The notes beneath the pieces were generated by a model that saw nothing but the letters and a program-made list of their open reading frames with translations, searched no databases and was not told where the DNA came from. Positions 27,214-32,000 of a stretch of DNA of 32,000 bases are shown here, piece by piece. A program made the translations under genes and the position numbers. Source of the stretch: Infirmifilum uzonense (GTDB lineage: Archaea > Thermoproteota > Thermoprotei > Thermofilales > Thermofilaceae); the NCBI RefSeq assembly GCF_000993805.1, contig NZ_CP009961.1, positions 1,170,453 through 1,202,452 on the forward strand, given 5' to 3'. The stretch's first letter is position 1; every line of letters begins with the position of its first letter.

Positions 27214-28361
27214 AGCTATCGCTTAGCTTTTTAAAAAACAAGAAAAAAGGAGATGAGACCATTGCTAAGGTCGCAGTAAATACCCTTTTACCTGAAGGAG
27301 CTAAAATCATATTAAAGAACCACTCGGGATTTCTCTTCAGTTATGACTCGAAGCTGGAGATACTTCCCCTTAAAACGCATCCTGTTTGGAAAAATCTTTC
27401 CCCTCTTTTCATGGCGCGTGAAGTTGAGGAGATATGGGTTTTCGAGTCGAGAACTGTTGTGACCATAAAGAATCTAGGACGAATTAGTATAGAGGGGCTT
27501 CCAAGTAAAGAAGAACTTGAGGATATCATAGTCTCGATAATAGCCTCGACTGGTTTAAAGGTAGATATGAGAAGGCCTAGAGGCGTCGTAGACGTGGACG
27601 AGTGGAGAGTGTCTGTACAGTTAACAAGCGGTGGACAAACACAAATCGTTGCAACAAAGCTTTCAAGTATCCCTCCCTTAAAGAGTCTCTTGGATCCTCT
27701 AACAGCTGCCAGAATGATTCTCCTCTTATTGAGGCCCTCCGTAGTAGTGATCCTCGGTCCACCTGGCTCTGGGAAGACTACTCTCCTTAACAGCATCGTG
27801 GGCGAAGTTGGTAAGATGTACCCACATCTCCACATCGCAGTTATTGAGAAGTATAAAGAGCTTACATTGAGGGAGGGTTGGTTCTCTTGGATAGTCAGCG
27901 AAAATCTCGTGGAGGGGGTAAGGTGGGCGATGCGCTACTACAGACCCGACATGGTTGTAATAGGGGAAATAATGGCTGAAGACTTCTGGAGCGTTATCGA
28001 GCCTAGCCGTAGCGGGTTACCAACAATTACAACTTTTCACTCGCCCAGCATCAGAAAAGCAATAAAAATTCTCTCAGACTCTCTGAGGGCTCAGCTAGGA
28101 TATGGAGATGAAAGTAGTGCACTGCAATACATCGACGTATTTGTTCAAACTTTTAAAAGGGTTACCCCGCAAGGAGTGGAAAGAGGAGTTGAGAACATAC
28201 TTTTGAGCGATGGTCAAAGACTCATCCCAATATACTCTGACGGACAAGCCGCTCCCAAAGAGATATTCGAGAAGGCTTTACCAGATCAGCTCTACATCGG
28301 TTCAACCGCAAAAACAATGAGAGAAATATTCCAGAGATATGGATTGACACCCGAAAGGTAG
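27210..28361 (+). CDS. type II/IV secretion-family hexameric ATPase (VirB11/TadA/FlaI-like)
   Basis: 383-aa ORF with Walker A (LGPPGSGKTT), Walker B (RPDMVVIGEI) and a His box (TITTFHSPS), in the order characteristic of GspE/VirB11-superfamily ATPases. Confidence 0.75.
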   Translation: MKLSLSFLKNKKKGDETIAKVAVNTLLPEGAKIILKNHSGFLFSYDSKLEILPLKTHPVWKNLSPLFMAREVEEIWVFESRTVVTIKNLGRISIEGLPSKEELEDIIVSIIASTGLKVDMRRPRGVVDVDEWRVSVQLTSGGQTQIVATKLSSIPPLKSLLDPLTAARMILLLLRPSVVVILGPPGSGKTTLLNSIVGEVGKMYPHLHIAVIEKYKELTLREGWFSWIVSENLVEGVRWAMRYYRPDMVVIGEIMAEDFWSVIEPSRSGLPTITTFHSPSIRKAIKILSDSLRAQLGYGDESSALQYIDVFVQTFKRVTPQGVERGVENILLSDGQRLIPIYSDGQAAPKEIFEKALPDQLYIGSTAKTMREIFQRYGLTPER

Positions 28362-28368
28362 CAAAATC

Positions 28369-29769
28369 TTGCGTGTCCTAGAGGTATTCGAGAAGGCCGG
28401 GCTTAAGCCTAGGCCCGGACAGGTTGAGGCTGCTGAGGCTTTAGCTGGTGTCGAGGGTGATGCATTACTGGTAGCGCCCACAGGGTTTGGAAAAACCCTT
28501 GCCGTATTGTCTGCTTTTAGATCTTCTGGGAGGCTTCCTGTCTTGTGGCTGGTGAGGAGCCTGGAGCTCGGAAGTAGGATAAGCGGGGATGCCTTAAGGC
28601 TAGACTTGAAGCCCTTCATCGCAGCCGGGAGGGCCAGGTCCTGCAGCGTGAAGACGGACGACCCGGAAGAATACTGCTTGATTAACAGGTCACGCTGCCC
28701 CTTCTTCCAAAACTTGAAAGAGGGGGTTCCAGACCTCTTCTATACGAGTTGGGAGGAGATACCCTCCCATCTCTGCAGGTACTATGCACAAGACTTCTAC
28801 ATCGCCGCCGCCGACGTAGTGGTTCAGAACTATAGGCGGAGAGTAGTTGGAAGCTACAGAGCAGTAGTTGTGGACGAGGCACATAACCTCTTGAAGCCCA
28901 ACATTGTTGAGATAAAGGGTTTAGGAGAGGCCCTAGACGCCCTAGACGCACTGAACCCGGAACTGGGGGAGAAGATAAGAGGGATTATCAATAAGGGGGT
29001 AGCCTCAATAGACTTGGATGTCATAGAAGAGACGCTCATCGTTTACAGGGAAGAATTCGCGAAGGGGTCATTCATGGCCCGGAGACTACTACCCCTGGTA
29101 AGGTTTCTCAAAGCCGCTTCTAGGGGAATCGTCTACAGGGAAGAGGGTAAAGTCATGGTCGCCCTGCCTCCCTGGAGGCCCAGCATCGGCCCCCGCATCT
29201 ACCTTAGCGCTACTATTCCTAAACCCATCGAAGACCTCTTTCAAGCCGCCGTTATCCGGGTGCCTTCAGAGCCGAGGAAGGCCCTCGTGGTCGGCGACGT
29301 GACCACTAGGTACGGGGAGGAGACGATATGGGGGTACATGAAGCTGCTTTCAAGCCTGAAAAAGAGGCATAAACGCATCCTGGCATTCGCGACTGACAGG
29401 ATCATAGTCAAACTGGTGAGCGTAATAGACTTTCTCGACGAAAAGCCCCCGGACGACTGGCGCGGCCTGGCAATGTTTAATGTCTTCGGGCGTTTCAGCG
29501 AGGGGGTAGACCTGCCGGCAGACGCTGTCGTAATGGTCGGGGCCCCCTTCCTTCCACCCGACGTGACGGAGCGCCTGCGAAAGTACTACTACCGGATGGG
29601 CATCGACCCCGACAACGCCCGGTGGATACCCATGGTTACAGCAACACTCCAGGCTATAGGCAGGGCCACGCGCAGTCCAGAGGCAAGCCCAGAGATCATT
29701 CTCGCCGACTACCGCTTCAAAAAGTTCGCGAAATACTTCGAGCCAGTGCTACACCTTCAAGATTCCTAG
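28369..29769 (+). CDS. XPD/Rad3/DinG-family SF2 helicase, short form with a putative 4Fe-4S domain
   Basis: 466-aa ORF with a TTG start as listed. It has motif I (APTGFGKT), four Cys between motifs Ia and II (C-x10-C-x6-C-x27-C), motif II (VVDEAHNL), motif III (YLSATIP), motif V (GRFSEGVDLP) and motif VI (QAIGRATR). Its G+C content is visibly higher than that of the neighbouring genes. Confidence 0.75.
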   Translation: MRVLEVFEKAGLKPRPGQVEAAEALAGVEGDALLVAPTGFGKTLAVLSAFRSSGRLPVLWLVRSLELGSRISGDALRLDLKPFIAAGRARSCSVKTDDPEEYCLINRSRCPFFQNLKEGVPDLFYTSWEEIPSHLCRYYAQDFYIAAADVVVQNYRRRVVGSYRAVVVDEAHNLLKPNIVEIKGLGEALDALDALNPELGEKIRGIINKGVASIDLDVIEETLIVYREEFAKGSFMARRLLPLVRFLKAASRGIVYREEGKVMVALPPWRPSIGPRIYLSATIPKPIEDLFQAAVIRVPSEPRKALVVGDVTTRYGEETIWGYMKLLSSLKKRHKRILAFATDRIIVKLVSVIDFLDEKPPDDWRGLAMFNVFGRFSEGVDLPADAVVMVGAPFLPPDVTERLRKYYYRMGIDPDNARWIPMVTATLQAIGRATRSPEASPEIILADYRFKKFAKYFEPVLHLQDS

Positions 29770-29974
29770 TTCGGAAAATGTTCAACGTTTTTCATCACCC
29801 ACCCGGATAAGGGTCTCCTTTACGCTCGACCTGTTCGGTTTTAGAATTTTCGCCTCTGGTAGCCAGGCTAGAAAGCCAACCCATGAGGTTTAGAGAATAA
29901 TCATTGTTGCTTATCTTCTCTATTTTCTTCTCTACTTGTTGAATGATTGTTAAACGTTAGTCTGAGGGGTGAGG

Positions 29975-30229
29975 TTACAGCTTTCCAAAAGACTGGAGAG
30001 TAGAAGATTTCCAGCCCTCGAGAATGCCCTCGATCCCGCTTTGGAGTTCTTCCAGCCCCCTCAGCATTACATCTATGCTGTCGAGAGCCTTCCCTTAGTC
30101 TTGCAGGATGACAGCGTAGGCCCTCAACGAGAAGAAAGATAACACCAGGAGCAAGAGCCAACCCCCCAGAGGAATAACCCGGGAGCCACCCCCCAGTGGT
30201 GCAGGCCGCCGGCAACATTTTGGAAGCAC
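29975..30229 (-). pseudogene. copy 3 of the small coiled-coil ORF family, interrupted by an in-frame TAA
   Basis: In the family frame the minus strand reads ..GGSRVIPLGGWLLLLVLSFFSLRAYAVILQD*GKALDSIDVMLRGLEELQSGIEGILEG.. The stop at 30095-30097 replaces the Tyr/His codon of copies 1 and 2. The 105-aa ORF in the track (29901-30218) is in a different frame. Confidence 0.6.
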
Positions 30230-30269
30230 TTTCGCTCTAAACGGTAGGGTTATTAAGTTTAGGATAGAA

Positions 30270-30956
30270 ATGTATTACGTCTGTATGACGTTCGACCTTG
30301 AGGTAATAATGGGGGATCTAACGGACACTGAGCGGAAGATCGTCGAGTTTTTCATTAAACAGGGTGGAACTGCACGTGAAATTGCCTCGTCGCTCAACGT
30401 ATCTGAGCGTACAGTATACAAAGCACTTTACAAGTACCGTAAGATAGCCCGTGAAAAAGGTATTGACCCTAGCGCTTTCTATCTTCGAGGAACAATTCAA
30501 GTACCGGCAAGATCGTCTAACAGTTCTCCTGTGATACAACCAGATCATATTGAGCTTCTTAAGAAAGAATTGCTAAAGGAACTCGCTGAAATACTTGAAA
30601 AAAGCGTTCACGAGGCTGTTCTAAGTGCATTCGAGGAACTCTCTTTAGCCTCAAGTGCAACTCTTAGAAGAAGTTCTCCAATGAGAACCCCTCAGCTCAA
30701 TTCAGAGGAACCTGATATAACCATATATAGAAGGCTTGCTGAAAACCTTGAACGCCTGAACTATAACATTGAGAAATTATCGATTAAACTGGAAAACCTC
30801 AATGGGGGACAGCTAACGCAGAAAATAAGCTACCTACAGTATAGTACTGGAGACAATAACCACGGAAATAATGAAATGCTGCCTAGTTTTGTCCAAAACA
30901 ACCCCTGGATTGAGGTATTACAGAAAAAGACCAAGAGCACTAGTAGTTTAAGATAA
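30270..30956 (+). CDS. helix-turn-helix DNA-binding protein with a C-terminal coiled-coil region
   Basis: 228-aa ORF. The probable true start is the ATG at 30309, preceded by GAGGT. The N-terminus reads LTDTERKIVEFFIKQGGTAREIASSLNVSERTVYKALYKY, a sigma-r4/LuxR-like HTH. The rest is helical or low complexity. Confidence 0.55.
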   Translation: MYYVCMTFDLEVIMGDLTDTERKIVEFFIKQGGTAREIASSLNVSERTVYKALYKYRKIAREKGIDPSAFYLRGTIQVPARSSNSSPVIQPDHIELLKKELLKELAEILEKSVHEAVLSAFEELSLASSATLRRSSPMRTPQLNSEEPDITIYRRLAENLERLNYNIEKLSIKLENLNGGQLTQKISYLQYSTGDNNHGNNEMLPSFVQNNPWIEVLQKKTKSTSSLR

Positions 30957-30972
30957 TAACTTTTCCAGATTC

Positions 30973-31254
30973 TTAAGACACTCTCGTAACGTTCAAGACA
31001 TCTACTTGGCTTACGCCTGGTGTACCTAATAAGATGTTTTCTATCTCCTCGGTGCCTCCTTCAGTTTCCTCAGGCATCAGAATTACTAAACGCAGAGCCT
31101 CGAGACCAAAAGCTATAGGTTCGGACTGGTACTGAGCCACTTGATATTTCTCGGGAAGTTTCTCAGAAATCATCTTGTACAAGTCCTCGGGTTTAATTTC
31201 GGCGTCTTCAGGCAAAACTCTTACCAATATAGCAATTTTAGCCATTCCACTCAC
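30973..31254 (-). CDS. translation elongation factor aEF-1 beta
   Basis: The sequence MAKIAILVRVLPEDAEI...IAFGLEALRLVILMPEE..GGTEEIEN...V is typical of the ~90-aa archaeal EF-1beta. The likely start is the ATG at 31245 rather than the GTG at 31254. Confidence 0.85.
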   Translation of the reverse strand: MSGMAKIAILVRVLPEDAEIKPEDLYKMISEKLPEKYQVAQYQSEPIAFGLEALRLVILMPEETEGGTEEIENILLGTPGVSQVDVLNVTRVS

Positions 31255-31434
31255 CTACGGTCCCCTAAAGCCACATTTGGGACACACATATGGATTACCT
31301 TGCATTCTACATTTTTCGCAACGCCATATAATAACTTCACCACATTGAGGGCATCTGAAGCTTGTTGCCTTTTCGAAGGGAGGTATTGGTCTCCCACAGG
31401 AAGTACACTTAGGGAGGGTTAAAGCCTTAGCCAT
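31255..31434 (-). CDS. Zn-ribbon RNA-binding protein (COG2888 family, usually linked to aEF-1beta)
   Basis: This 59-aa ORF falls below the track cut-off. My own translation is [59 protein letters not shown], with four CxxC pairs. It lies immediately upstream of aEF-1beta. Confidence 0.8.
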   Translation of the reverse strand: MAKALTLPKCTSCGRPIPPFEKATSFRCPQCGEVIIWRCEKCRMQGNPYVCPKCGFRGP

Positions 31435-31567
31435 ACGTGACCGTGATAAGAGAACTCTGCTTCATTTAAATCTTTTGCAATTTCTATGTGCGCATTCCCA
31501 TCCTAGTAAATCGTCCAAGTATTCGCTCGTAGCAAGGTACCCTTAATCCATACCGAGAACAAACTCA

Positions 31568-31659
31568 CGGGCCCGCCGGGACTCGAACCCGGGACCTACG
31601 GCTATCTACGAGCCGTATGCTCCGCAGGCCGCCACGCTTCCATGCTACGCCACGGGCCC
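31568..31659 (-). tRNA. tRNA-Arg(GCG) with an ~18-nt intron at the 37/38 position
   Basis: The reverse complement reads GGGCCCG TG GCGT AGCATGGAA GCGT G GCGGC CTGCGG[AGCATACGGCTCGTAGAT]A GCCGT AGGTC CCGGG TTCGAGT CCCGG CGGGCCC G. Confidence 0.8.
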
Positions 31660-31748
31660 CTTGAGAAATTTCTCCACTAGCCTTATAAGATTTTTCCCTG
31701 AGAATAGATAAATGCTTTTATAATACATTCAGCGTATTTAATCGTAGC

Positions 31749-32000
31749 ATGGCTAGATGTGAGCTCTGCGGTGCTGAGTTAAGGGGTATAGCTTACCGCA
31801 TAGTATTGGACGGCGCTGAAATGATCGTGTGCGCTCGCTGTGCTAGAGGAAAAACTGTACTGGGAAGCATAAAAATAGGGGTGGAGCCTTCAAGGCAAAC
31901 TTTTAAGGCAAAAGCTCCCGTGAAGTATAATAGAAGAGATACAGAAGAAGTTATCGTCGAAGGATACGGCGAGATAATTAGGCAAGCCAGAGAGAAAATG
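31749..32000 (+). CDS. archaeal multiprotein bridging factor 1 (aMBF1), truncated at the 3' end by the window edge
   Basis: My own translation is MARCELCGAELRGIAYRIVLDGAEMIVCARCARGK...EEVIVEGYGEIIRQAREKM. An N-terminal Zn ribbon is followed by the start of the cro/C1-type HTH region. The frame is open to the end of the window. Confidence 0.75.
   Translation, partial: MARCELCGAELRGIAYRIVLDGAEMIVCARCARGKTVLGSIKIGVEPSRQTFKAKAPVKYNRRDTEEVIVEGYGEIIRQAREKM

Noticed and set aside
26221-27835. Antisense ORFs lie inside the ParA-like, coiled-coil and secretion-ATPase genes (26221-26724, 26940-27206, 27341-27835, 27577-27762).
   Set aside because: They lie opposite ORFs with clear Walker motifs and operon-style coupling, and their translations are low complexity with no motifs.
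29901-30218. A 105-aa minus-strand ORF appears in the track.
   Set aside because: It is in a different frame from the one conserved with copies 1 and 2 of the small-ORF family, and its translation is Gly/Arg/Pro-rich. It most likely arises by chance in GC-rich pseudogene DNA.
1-32000. I looked for CRISPR arrays, IS elements or transposases, and integrase genes.
   Set aside because: No regularly spaced 25-40-nt repeats are present. No ORF has DDE, tyrosine-recombinase or serine-recombinase hallmarks. The only repeats found are the two families described in the findings.

Overview
The window looks like a chromosomal segment from a hyperthermophilic crenarchaeon, probably Desulfurococcales-like. 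That assignment is an inference from gene content: thermosome, TFB, aEF-1beta, aMBF1, intron-containing tRNAs, and a stand-alone 5S rRNA. I ran no searches.

Positions 1-20.2 kb and 30.9-32 kb are ordinary, tightly packed housekeeping DNA. They hold PGI/PMI, endonuclease V, a translin-like protein, MetAP, a RibL-like protein, diphthine synthase, TFB, RNase Z, a THUMP methyltransferase, thermosome, geranylgeranyl reductase, aEF-1beta, a Zn-ribbon protein and MBF1. They also hold four tRNAs (three with introns) and a 5S rRNA.

The unusual part is 20.2-30.2 kb, which contains two divergently transcribed operons.
- The minus-strand operon has five translationally coupled genes: a two-helix pilin-like protein, a polytopic membrane protein, an 818-aa membrane and extracellular protein, a membrane protein, and a VirB4/HerA-type ATPase.
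- The plus-strand operon has four genes: a ParA/MinD-like ATPase, a coiled-coil protein, a VirB11/TadA/FlaI-type secretion ATPase, and a short XPD/Rad3-like Fe-S helicase that is clearly more GC-rich than its neighbours.

I read this as a candidate DNA-transfer or filament machine related to type IV secretion or the Ced/Ted systems, with an unusual ATPase and helicase complement. No integrase, relaxase or coupling protein is visible.

Two repeat families are also present. One is a small coiled-coil ORF element in three copies, of which one looks intact and two look degraded; one copy abuts a tRNA-Pro. The other is an ~80-nt direct repeat that brackets a tRNA-Pro plus a methyltransferase gene. 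All functional calls come from motif recognition by eye.
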